Assembly (NCBI RefSeq): GCF_001194135.2
Contig: NC_068991.1
Span: 51,903,589 to 51,967,588 of the forward strand
From: Octopus bimaculoides
Lineage: Eukaryota
DNA: 64,000 nucleotides
Direction of reading: 5' to 3'
Both the position numbers and the translations under genes were made by a program. The notes beneath the pieces are model-generated. The model was not told the origin of the DNA. It did not search any database and saw only the letters and a list, made by a program, of their open reading frames with translations. Position 1 is the stretch's first letter. Each line of letters opens with the position of its first letter. Shown piece by piece: positions 1 to 9,575 of this stretch.

Positions 1-639
1 TCTCACTAAACACAGAAAATAACTTTTCTCCTTGGTTTGGGGATGAATTCTCCTTTTACACTGGATACTTACTATTGGCTTTTTCGTTGGAGAGAGTGAG
101 AAAATGTGTGTATGCAAGTGTATGTGAGTGTGTGGATGGATGTGCACTCTAGTTTAAGGATGTGTGTTTATATATGTGTATATGCATAAATTTAAACGTG
201 TGTGCGTAAGTAAAGTGTAGTGGTTGTGTATCTGTCAGAGAAAGAAAGAGAGAGAGAGAGGGGGGAAGGTGGATGAATGGCGATATATGTATATGTTGGT
301 GTATACGTGTAAGATACACGTGGGCTGAGAGTAGATGTGTGGGTATAATGACTTGTACGGACGCGGTATTTCGTTATGCAACCATAATATACTATAGAGT
401 ATATTACACGTATTTTATAAGTTCTATTGTGTTAGTAGGGCGCTTGACATCACTTGTTAAAGTTATCTCAATTAGTGCTGGTTATAGAAATTATAACCAG
501 CACTAATTTTTATTACGACGTTTCGTATCCGAGACGTCAGTTGTAAACAAGCAATGAGATCGAAGATGAATAAAGGATAATGGGCTTATATGCCATATTT
601 CGGGAGATTTTTTTTTTCTTTGCTGATGAGGGAACAAAA

Positions 640-1400
640 AGATCCATGAATATAGCAACCAGCCGGCGAGATTACAGAGGGATTGGAGCGCATATGTCAA
701 GTTATTAAAGGTGCAGCAAAAGATGTTCCTGATATGGAAAGTGCAGTGGATGGGTCGTGGTTAGAGTTGCAGAGGCGCCAGAAACGGAAGAATTGGAAGT
801 AATGAAGCGTTTGGTGTGGGTGGGATGCGACCAGAAGTCACGGTTGGAGTGGAATTCGGTGAGTATGTTGAAAACGTATGTGGGAAGGGTGCGAGTAGCA
901 TGTTCGATGGAGAGAGAGATGTAAAGGCAAGGGAAGTTTCGAAAATGATAGACGTAGACTGGAAAAGTGGATGAAAAAGGAACTTCTTACGAAGAAGACA
1001 GGTAGCACCGAATCAGTTGTCAACTTAACGACCGTACTGCTTTGGAGCGAGACCGATGAACTGGGAGAGAATTTTGGATTCAATGTAACCGACTAAGTTG
1101 GCACAGATGGATCCCATTCTCGTTCCCATGGCCACTTCAGTGACCAGCTTATACATGTTGCCTGCGAAGGAGTAAGCATTAAATGTGAGCACGAACTCGG
1201 CAAGATAAAGGAAAGCAGGAGTATTGGGATGGAGAATGGTGCATAGGTCGAGGAAGTGTTCAAGGGCCTTGAGATCGTCATCGTGAAAGGTTATGGTGTA
1301 AAGAGAGATGATATCCATATCCATAGTAAAAATTAGGCGGGAGGAGCCGGAGGAGAAAAAGGAGGTTGAAGAGGCGGAGAGCACAGCTGATTTCGTGCTA
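640..1400 (-). mobile_element. Penelope-like retroelement (PLE), degraded reverse transcriptase fragment
   Basis: ORF 1025-1384 reads MDIISLYT...FVLTFNAYSFAGNMY..VAMGTRMGSICANLVG.IE, matching the PLE RT pattern DxxSLYT / NxFxFxG / AMGTxMGPxYANL. Downstream frames give HPHQTLHYFQFFRFWRLCNS, matching PLE SHPxHxKxSIPYSQFLRLRRLCS. Frameshifted; boundaries approximate. Confidence 0.8.
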
Positions 1401-1682
1401 GGTTTGGGGGGCCGTGTGGGTGCAGGTGCTGAATGACTATATGGAACAGGGTAAGGTGGAAGATTGTGTCTGTAAAGGTGATGTGAAAGAAACGAGGGTT
1501 AGTGTGGGTGTCGGGGTGGTGGCTACGAAGACGATGGGGTGAGCATGGTGAGTACAGCAGGGTGGGGTAGTGCTGGTGAAATGGGGATGAGGTTGAAGAA
1601 TAGGTGGAATTTATGAGTTATTGGCACTATTACATTAATCTATACTTTGATATCAGTACTAATATTGATTAACAGGAATATT

Positions 1683-1898
1683 GATTTCAAATTTTGGCAC
1701 AAGGCCAGCAAGTTCGGTGGAGTGGGTAAGTCGATTACATCGACCCCAGTGATCAATTTGTACTTATTTTATCGATCCCGAAAGATGAAGGACATAGTGA
1801 CCTTAGCAGAACTTGAACTCAGAGCGTAAAGGCGAACAAAATGCCGCCAAGCAATATGCCCGGCGTGCTACCGATTTTGCCATTTCGCTGCCTTAATG
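1683..1898 (-). mobile_element. tRNA-derived SINE, family A
   Basis: Reverse complement of head GGCAGCGAAATGGCA...GAGTTCAAGTTCTGC (A/B boxes); 12-bp TSD aacaggaatatt at 1671-1682 and 1899-1910. Confidence 0.85.
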
Positions 1899-2158
1899 AA
1901 CAGGAATATTAGCAGTAATAACTAGGAATTGTGATACTGAAATTAACGAATAGACAGTGTGATATTGCCATGTAGAGAAGTAACAAGAGTCCTAGCATCC
2001 GTAGGTGAAACAAAAACACTCCTGACGATCTCCACTTTATTAATTAGGCATGACACCAAAATGAAATTCTATGCTCCCTTCATTCCTGCACCTCGCTTCT
2101 TCCTGTGCTGCCCCTCGATTGATATTAACACAGTGACACTGTGATATTGACACTAACA

Positions 2159-2400
2159 GAAACGGTAGACAGACAATTCGTCGACAGACAGTTGGCCGAC
2201 AGACAACTTACAGACAGGACAATTGACCGATTGGACAATTTGTCGGTTCTATCAATAATATAGGCGTACCCTTTGTATGGAAGTTTTCTGCCTCCTCATT
2301 CCGTTTTGATGAACTCCATGATCAACACTTCCGCATGTCAACTTATTGTCCAATCAGCCAATTGTCCAATCGGCGAATTGTCTGCCGACAAATTATCTGC
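2159..2400. mobile_element. MITE / foldback element with subterminal tandem repeats, possibly Mutator-like
   Basis: Left arm acagacaattcgtcgacagacagttggccga matches the reverse complement of the right arm gcagataatttgtcggcagacaattcgccga at 25/31. A 9-bp direct repeat acactaaca flanks it (2150-2158, 2401-2409). Confidence 0.6.
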
Positions 2401-3035
2401 ACACTAACAAAAAACAGATTGAACAAAAGCAGTGTTTCTCAACCATTTTTTGCCTATGAGCCCCTTTTATTTCTAGGTTATTCTACTGGATTGCTATTAT
2501 AATATTTTTATAAGTAAATATTATTAGGAACTGTGTTAACAAATAGACAATATGATATTACCGCTAACTTAGAGGTACAGGCGTTTTAGCACTAACACAA
2601 ACAATAAAATAACATACAAAATGATAGGTATTAACACAGTGTGATAATGAACATATACTCATGAGCATATACTCTGAGTCAGGCAATCATAGATAGACTG
2701 TGTAGTGTTAGTGCTAACGAAAGGACACTAAGATAGAAACATGAACGTATGAAGAATTAGATATTAGTTCTTACATAGGGATGCAGGGATTTTAATACCA
2801 ACATACTAACACTGTGATAATTGCAATAGCATACAGATCCAATAATAGTTTAACTAAGATATAGACATTCTGTTATTAGTACTATGGTATGAAAACTATG
2901 ATAAGGGCAACAGCATACAGACAGTGACGAGATAAGCACTATTGCATAGATACTTTTGGATTAGAGAGTCATCATATTAACGGCTGGCAACAGCATATCG
3001 ATATTGTGGTATTCACACTAATATATTAATACTGT

Positions 3036-3215
3036 AAAGGCAGCGAGCTGGCAGAATCGTTAGCACGCCGAGAAAGGTGCTTAGCTACATTTCGTCCGTC
3101 TCTACGTTCTGAGTTCAAATTCCACCGAGGTTGACAATGTACCAGTTGAGCATTGGGATCGATTTAACCGACTTGGCCCCTCTTCCAAAACTACCGGCAT
3201 TGTCCAAAATTTGAA
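3036..3215 (+). mobile_element. SINE family A
   Basis: Head aggcagcgagctggcagaatcgttagcacgccg...gagttcaaattcc; flanking direct repeat actaatatattaatactgt at 3017-3035 and 3216-3234. Confidence 0.9.
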
Positions 3216-3373
3216 ACTAATATATTAATACTGTGATGTTGGCACAAACGTATCGATATAGTACTGTGTTATTAACTCTAATGTAAAGTCACTTTGATAT
3301 AGTGACTAATACAAAAACACTTTTGGCATTGGCATTAATATAGACATAATGCTATTAGCACTAATATATAGGT

Positions 3374-3570
3374 ACAAGGTTTGAAATTTGGAGGAATGGG
3401 GATAGTCGCTTACATCAACCCAAGTGCTCAACTGGTACTTCTTTTATCGACCCCGAAAAGATGAAAAGTAAAGTCGACCTCGACAGAGTTTGAGCTCTGA
3501 ACGAAAAGAAGGATGAAATGTTGCTAAGTATTTTGTCCGACCTATCAACGATTCTGCCAACTCGCTGCCT
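3374..3570 (-). mobile_element. SINE family A
   Basis: Reverse complement of the family A body and head (aaagtcgacctcg...ctgccaactcgctgcct). Confidence 0.85.
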
Positions 3571-3588
3571 TAGCCATTGTAATATTGG

Positions 3589-3760
3589 TTTCAAGTCGAT
3601 TACATCGATCCCGGTGTCCAACAGGTACTCATATTATAGATCCTGCAAGGATGAAAGGCAAAGTCGACCTCGGCGGGATTTGAACTCAGAACATGAAGAC
3701 GGACAAAACGCCGATACGAATTTTTCCCGGCGTGTTAACGATTCTGCCAGCTCGCTGCCT
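3589..3760 (-). mobile_element. SINE family A
   Basis: Family A head and body; 18-bp TSD tagccattgtaatattgg at 3571-3588 and 3761-3778. Confidence 0.9.
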
Positions 3761-4672
3761 TAGCCATTGTAATATTGGCAGCAACATATAGATACTGTTC
3801 TATATACAGATATGGTAATGTTGGAGGTAGCATATAAACAAACTACCATTGGTAATACTAACACTATGCTATAAGTACTAACACATTAACACTGCTATAT
3901 TGACTTTAACACATTGCCACTGTGATTATCAACACTGACATATAGACATTGTAGTATTGGCATCATTATAAAGACACTGTGGTGTTGACAGTAAAATATA
4001 AACCTAAATAATGAACATCTTTATTGCAATCAAACATGGGAAATCTCTGGGCAGCCAGAAAATCAGGTCCTTCTCTACCAGTTTGAAAACTTTGACTGAA
4101 CAGAAAATGATTGTGTGTGCTGGTGGGGATATACAACAACTCGAGCGAACAGCTAGCCACGTCACCGGAGACATAGCGCTAGTTTACTACATACGAACGT
4201 GACTAATCGCTATTTGATTTTTCTTTTAGAGCAGTAGTTTCCTTTAGAATATATTTTTGGGTTTGTTTTATAGAAATCATTATGTTTATTTGGTTTGCCG
4301 TTCTTCTAATATAAAAAGAAGGAAAAAAAAAAGCCAGACAGAAGATCTGCTGTCGAAGATTTTAGGACGGATTTATTTGGATTAGCCTCTAGTTAAGTTG
4401 TTGTTTATTTGTTAGGGGAGGGCGTTGCTTTCTGGGACTAAAACTGGTTTATCCTCCAAGTTCACAGTAAAACTATTTCTGATCTGGAACTTTGTTAGAG
4501 ATCAGAGAAGTGTTGGAAGCAAGTAGACCAATTGCTTAAATTTTTGATGAAAATGGTATTCTTTTGTGAAACGCTGGGTCTTTATATTAGATACATACTG
4601 GCAGCAACGAAATATACTATCAAGAAAAAGAAAAACTAAAGAAAATGGTAAACTATATAGGAAAGTTAATAT

Positions 4673-4883
4673 TGGTTTCAGATTTTGACACAAGACCAGC
4701 AATTTCAGGCAAAGGGTAAGTCGATTACACCGACTCCAGTACTCAACTGGTACTTATATCATCGATACCGAAAGGATAAAAAGAAAAATTGACATCGGCC
4801 GAATTTTGAACTCAGAACATGAAGATAAGCTACTAAGCATTTTCTCCGGGATACTAACGGTTCTGCTAGGTGACCATCTTACA
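4673..4883 (-). mobile_element. SINE family A, diverged
   Basis: Family A body; TSD tagg(a/t)aagttaatat at 4658-4672 and 4884-4898. Confidence 0.8.
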
Positions 4884-5177
4884 TAGGTAAGTTAATATCA
4901 CATATAAGAAACATTTGTTGACACTGTGAAATAAATTAAAATAAACAGCTAGATTAAAGAAAGCCAAAGTGTTCTAGTGTCTAGAAATTATAAGGTTTTT
5001 ATTGAAGAAATACGTTGTATAGGACCACAGCTGGTCGAATGGAAAAGATGTCGGGTCATTGACTGAAAACATTGTACGCTATCACCTTCCTGAAAATAAG
5101 ATTTACGGACAGATACAATTATCAGCGACCAGCTTTGTATTACCTATCATTTGATATGTAATATTTATATTACGTAA

Positions 5178-5388
5178 GGCGGCGAGCTGGCAGAATCGCT
5201 AGCACGCCAGACAAAATGCTTAGCGGCATTTCGTCCGTCTTTACATTCAAAATTCAATTTCTGTCGAGGACGACTTTGTTTTTCATCCTTTTCGATAAAA
5301 ATTAGTGCCAGTTGAACACTGAGGTTGATGTAATCGACTTATCTCCTCTACCGAAATAATTGCTGGTCGTGTGCTAAAATTTGAAACC
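5178..5388 (+). mobile_element. SINE family A
   Basis: Head ggcggcgagctggcagaatcgc; TSD aatatttatatta(c/t)gtaa at 5160-5177 and 5389-5406. Confidence 0.9.
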
Positions 5389-5976
5389 AATATTTATATT
5401 ATGTAATAAAGGATTATCTCGTCAGCGTGAGTTGTTGAGTTCAAATTTTCTATTTCGACTGGATAAGATAACGAGAAAGTAGCCAGGGCTATTGATATCA
5501 GTTGGACCACCTGGGTTGAAAATATCCGCCCTCTCACAAGTTTTCGGCAATGTTTTGATAAAAAAAAAACTCATACATTCGTTCCATAATTGTGATAGGA
5601 GAATATATTGTAGCTGTATTGCTCGTTGTTTTACCAAATGTAGGAAGATGGTCTTCCATCACTTTTAGTTTAGTGCATGATATTTATCTCTGTATTCTCA
5701 AATATTTGACATCAAAGACGCCACCCAAATGGCTCCGAGAGTTTTACTCTCAGATGCGATACAGCTTTCAAAATTCTTATCTACTCTAGTTCTTGACTCC
5801 TATATATATTCTTCTAGTCGATGGCATTGAGGCCTAATTCTCTCTTTTAGATCATCCTAATATCTATTGTTCTATCTCTGTCATTTACGCTTCGAATGGT
5901 GCGGTTCCTGTTACTGTATTTGTTTCTAGAGTTGTTAAGCTTCATGTGATTCTTGTTGTTGTCAATATTGTTGCTA

Positions 5977-6197
5977 TAACTTAAGACGGCGAGCAGACAG
6001 AATCGTTAGCACGCCAAGTGAAATGCTTAGCGGCATTTCGTCCGTCTTCAAGTTTTGGTTTCAAATTCCGCCGAGGTCGACTTTGCCTTTTATACTTTCG
6101 AGATCGATAAAAAAAAAAGTACCAGCTGAAAGCTGGGTTCGATGTAATCGACTAACCCCCTTCCCCGAAACTGATGGCTTTGTACCAAAATTTGAAA
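5977..6197 (+). mobile_element. SINE family A
   Basis: Family A head and body; TSD tcaatattgttgcta at 5962-5976 and 6198-6212. Confidence 0.9.
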
Positions 6198-6821
6198 TCA
6201 ATATTGTTGCTACTTGTTTTCCTTTCTCCATTGGTTTTAACTGCACATTCATGGTAACAAATAAACACCCGTTAATTATATATCTTGGTTTCGACCCCGA
6301 AACACACCCTTTATATATATGTATATATATTAAAGCTATATATAATTTATCGCTTACTGAGAAAAATCTATCTCTCCAAATAGAAACTAATTCTACAATT
6401 GTTGTGGTGGCTGTATTTGTTGTTCTGCTTGTTTTTATTTCGTGATCGCTTTCGATGGTTGTCAAATGTCTACAGTTGATTCGGAGGAGATAAGGACAAT
6501 AAGTTATGACAATGACGCCCATTAAGTCAGAAACACAAGTCCATCGATGTCCCTTGCCATTGAAAGGAAAATTTGTTGGCTTTTTCGAATAGAATATTAA
6601 TTCCGAGAATTATTGGTAATTTCTTTTAATTATATCTCCTCATTCAGAGTCGCAAACAATCACCGATATAGAGTTCGTGTTTTCTTTTCTTTTGCTTTCT
6701 CTACATTAACTTGCCGTCTAAACGAGCTTGTAAACTGAAGCAACGAAATACAGCTCAGCCGAACAAGTATATATGAATTTAGATATAATGAATATTAATA
6801 AAATACAGATTTAGTCTCTCG

Positions 6822-7005
6822 TTGTTTCAGCTGATTGAGCCTTCAGTGCAAAGCTAGGGCAGTGCTTTGAAGGTTTAGTCGATTAGATAAACTTCAGTGT
6901 TTGTAGTTGGGTACTTACTCTATCGGTTTCTTTGCCGAATCGCTAGATTACGGAGACGAAAACTAACCAGCACTAGTTGTCAAGGTGTGAGAGACAAACA
7001 CAAGC
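6822..7005 (-). mobile_element. SINE family B, 3' half, diverged
   Basis: Reverse complement resembles the family B 3' half (cttgacaac..tgctgg..cgtc.ccgtaa.ttagcg.ttcggcaaa..gaccgataga.taagtac). Confidence 0.65.
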
Positions 7006-7017
7006 GCGCGCGCACAC

Positions 7018-7125
7018 ACATACAAGCACACACACACATATACAAGCACACACACATATACAAGCACACACACATATACAAGCACACACACATATACAAG
7101 CACACACACATATACAAGCACACAC
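7018..7125. repeat. 18-bp tandem repeat (acatatacaagcacacac), about 6 copies
   Basis: Near-perfect tandem units are directly visible. Confidence 0.9.
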
Positions 7126-7166
7126 ACACATGTGCACACACGCGCGAGCGCATGTATGTATGTATG

Positions 7167-7547
7167 TTCTCTTTCACTTTTAAATTTAGAATAATTTTTA
7201 ACCAGCCGCCTGCTTGGTAACAAGGTTGCGAAGGAAAGCATGTTGTTTTAACCACCATCTTTTAAATCTTAAGAAAGTCTTGCAGATTTCTATAGTTCCA
7301 GATATCGCGATCATTTGTAGCATATGAATTAAGGGCTTGCATTCTCTCCCCAAGATCCCGAGTTCATCCATATTTGCTCCAAATAGGTTGGTATGTATCC
7401 TGTTGCTCCAATAGTAATAGGTATGAAACTGAAAGTGTATCTTGAGTACTGGATTTTCAGACTCCTTATCACTGGTCTATAAATCTCTTCCTTTTGTATT
7501 TTCTTAACCACATTCGTGTCGAGAGTGCGACTGATTTCCACAACGTA
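7167..7547 (-). mobile_element. RLE-type non-LTR retrotransposon (R4/Dong-like), 3' fragment, subfamily 1
   Basis: VVEISRTLDTNVVKKIQKEEIYRPVIRSLKIQYSRYTFSFIPITIGATGYIP followed by LQMIAISGTIEICKTFLRFK*, i.e. the C-terminus of a restriction-like endonuclease. Flanked by (CATA)n on both sides. Confidence 0.7.
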
Positions 7548-7582
7548 ATGTATGTATGTATGTATGTATGTATGTATGTATG

Positions 7583-8475
7583 TCATTATTTAGTTTAATT
7601 CAAGATTTCTGGTCAATAGAGATAGAACCGGTTTCTAACCTAGATCCAAGGCTTCATTGGAATTTCAACATCAACAACAGGGTATGTATGTATGTGCAGA
7701 TTTGAATGTTTTATGTATGTATTCTCATGCATATAGTTACATATCTAGACATGCTCATATATATTTATATGACACTTCTGGAAAGTTTTACACATTTTTA
7801 CAGTTCCAGTGATGAACTGGATCTGTAGTCTTCAAATTAGCTTTCTCCTTTCTTATTTTGAGAAGCCTAATTTCTCAAGATTGGTATTTAGGCAGTGTGT
7901 TACGTATCCCAGCCCCCCCCTCCAATTACAGGTATAAACCTGAACTTGTAATCTGGATAGAGTAACTGCAGATTTCTCAATAGTCCAGCGTAGGTGTTTT
8001 CTTTTTCATTTATCTTCAGCTTTATGTTAACATCCGCTGGGCAGCTAATTTCTACAACTGTACACAGTTTCTCTTCTCCGAAATCATTATATCAGGTCTG
8101 TTGTGCTTACATTTTATTGAGGTCTTCACTGGTACATTATACCCGTGTACTTTTTTTCATTATGAGTGGCTATAGCTTCTACCATATTGTGGGTACATAT
8201 TTCTTTGTCCTCGGGATTATCGTTCTGACGGATTTCATTATAGAGAGTCCTAGTTATAACATTATGTCTCATCGGTAGATAATACCGTGATGACATTTTC
8301 GGACAACTGATTATGATGTGGGTGATATCTTCAATGTGAACTCCACAAAGTCTGCATCGGTTATCACATTTTACTGCTTTTCCTGCTTCTCTTTTGTGAA
8401 TCAGGTACTTGGTTGATATTTCTTGTTCCTGGATTGAAAACGCATACTCTTCAAAGTGGGAGGTAGTAATCCGGC
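7583..8475 (-). mobile_element. RLE-type non-LTR retrotransposon (R4/Dong-like), 3' part, subfamily 2
   Basis: CCHC knuckle CRLCGVHIEDITHIIISC and RLE domain KHNRPDIMI...CTVVEISCPADVNIK...IPVIIGGLG; ORF ends TGTVKMCKTF; the 3' UTR runs into (CATA)n at 7548-7582. Confidence 0.85.
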
Positions 8476-8566
8476 TGTGATCGTCGCATTGACAATAACA
8501 GAGAAAGTTGAGCAGGGAATCTGCATCAAATTTTGCCAAAAGCTTGGCGATACCTGCTCAGAGACC
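8476..8566 (+). mobile_element. mariner (Tc1/mariner) transposase N-terminal fragment
   Basis: TEKVEQGICIKFCQKLGDTCSET, the mariner HTH start (EQRxxIKFCxxLG). Confidence 0.75.
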
Positions 8567-9050
8567 TAGCAATGTTTTCAAAAAGTTTTCATCGTTCTCG
8601 ACGCAATCAAAGAAATCTTTTGCAACTGAAACCCGAGTGTCTTTATGGTCAGCTGAAAGTAGTTTTGCCTCAAACTTGGCAGACACGCCTCACGTACCCA
8701 AATCTTCAGTAATAATGGTCTGAACTGAACCGTAATTAATCTGCACATCCTCTGATAACCCACGGATGGTGGTTCGACGATTTCCCCTCACAGCTGCACG
8801 CACACCTGGTTGCGGGTCTCCCTGAACGTTCGCCAATATCTACACTTGTGTGCGGCTCATGCCTTCCTCTCCATACACTTTCTGCAACTTTGCGTTAGCC
8901 TCTGAGCAGGTATCGCCATGGTCATTGCGACGATCACACGCAACACACCTTCCTTCCAAGCACTGCTGTAAACAACGGGAGTGAGCTAGAACGTTGAAAC
9001 TTAGTGCCCATGCAAAGCAGACTTCAAGGTCAATCTGTGCCAAACGGCTT
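8567..9050 (-). mobile_element. mariner transposase fragment, frameshifted, with 5' UTR
   Basis: GDTCSEANAKLQKVYGEEGMSRTQV...NRRTTIRGLSEDVQINYGSVQTIITEDLG...VSAKF..KLLSADHKDTRVSVA...ENDENFLK, the mariner region ahead of the first catalytic D. Confidence 0.8.
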
Positions 9051-9242
9051 CAGATATGTAAGTTTCAAATTTAATTTAAACCATAGATCCGACTCTGGGC
9101 TGATTCCTGGAGTGACGTAGGTATAAAAAGAGAAGACAAATAGTGTTTAAAACTTACGACAGCTCTTTCGGTAGAGTTTTATTGATGTCCTCATAGATTA
9201 CAACATAACATAGAAACCACCATATTCAGGTAAACAGCAATT

Positions 9243-9494
9243 TTGAGAAATTAGGCTTCTCAAAATCAGAAAGGAGAAAGGTAATTTGAAGACTACAGAT
9301 CCAATTCATCGCCGGAACTGTAAAAATTTGTAAAACTTTCCAGAAGTTTATCATTTAGATATATGTGAGCATGTCTAGATATGTAACTATATACATGAGA
9401 ATACATACATAAAGCAAAACATTCAAATCTGCACATATGTATACATACAAACAAACAAAAATACCCTGTTGTTAATGTTGAAATTCCAATGAAG
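9243..9494 (+). mobile_element. RLE retrotransposon 3' end (same family as 7583-8475), inverted copy
   Basis: Nucleotide match to the reverse complement of 7652-7878; followed by (CATA)n at about 9499-9530. Confidence 0.85.
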
Positions 9495-9502
9495 GAGATA
9501 CA

Positions 9503-9574
<72 letters not shown>

Positions 9575-9575
<1 letters not shown>

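Larger units (their letters stand above)
1620..4000. repeat. Degenerate ~28-bp minisatellite (approx. GGCACTAACATATAGACACTGTGATATT) interrupted by SINEs and a MITE
   Basis: Diverged units recur, e.g. 3931-3990 aacactgacatatagacattgtagtattgg / catcattataaagacactgtggtgttga, and similar units at 2125-2160, 2680-2720 and 3330-3370. Confidence 0.6.

Noticed and set aside
619-660. CTGATGAG on the plus strand as a hammerhead core
   Set aside because: No GAAA follows the possible stem II (tccatgaat) and there is no cleavage triplet or stem I.
5420-5830. ORFs 5422-5637 and 5592-5789 as LINE or host exons
   Set aside because: No motif I could recognise in any frame; left unannotated.
7018-7125. Regular tandem repeats as a CRISPR array (also 16543-16640)
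   Set aside because: No unique spacers; these are simple minisatellites derived from CA/TA repeats in eukaryotic DNA.
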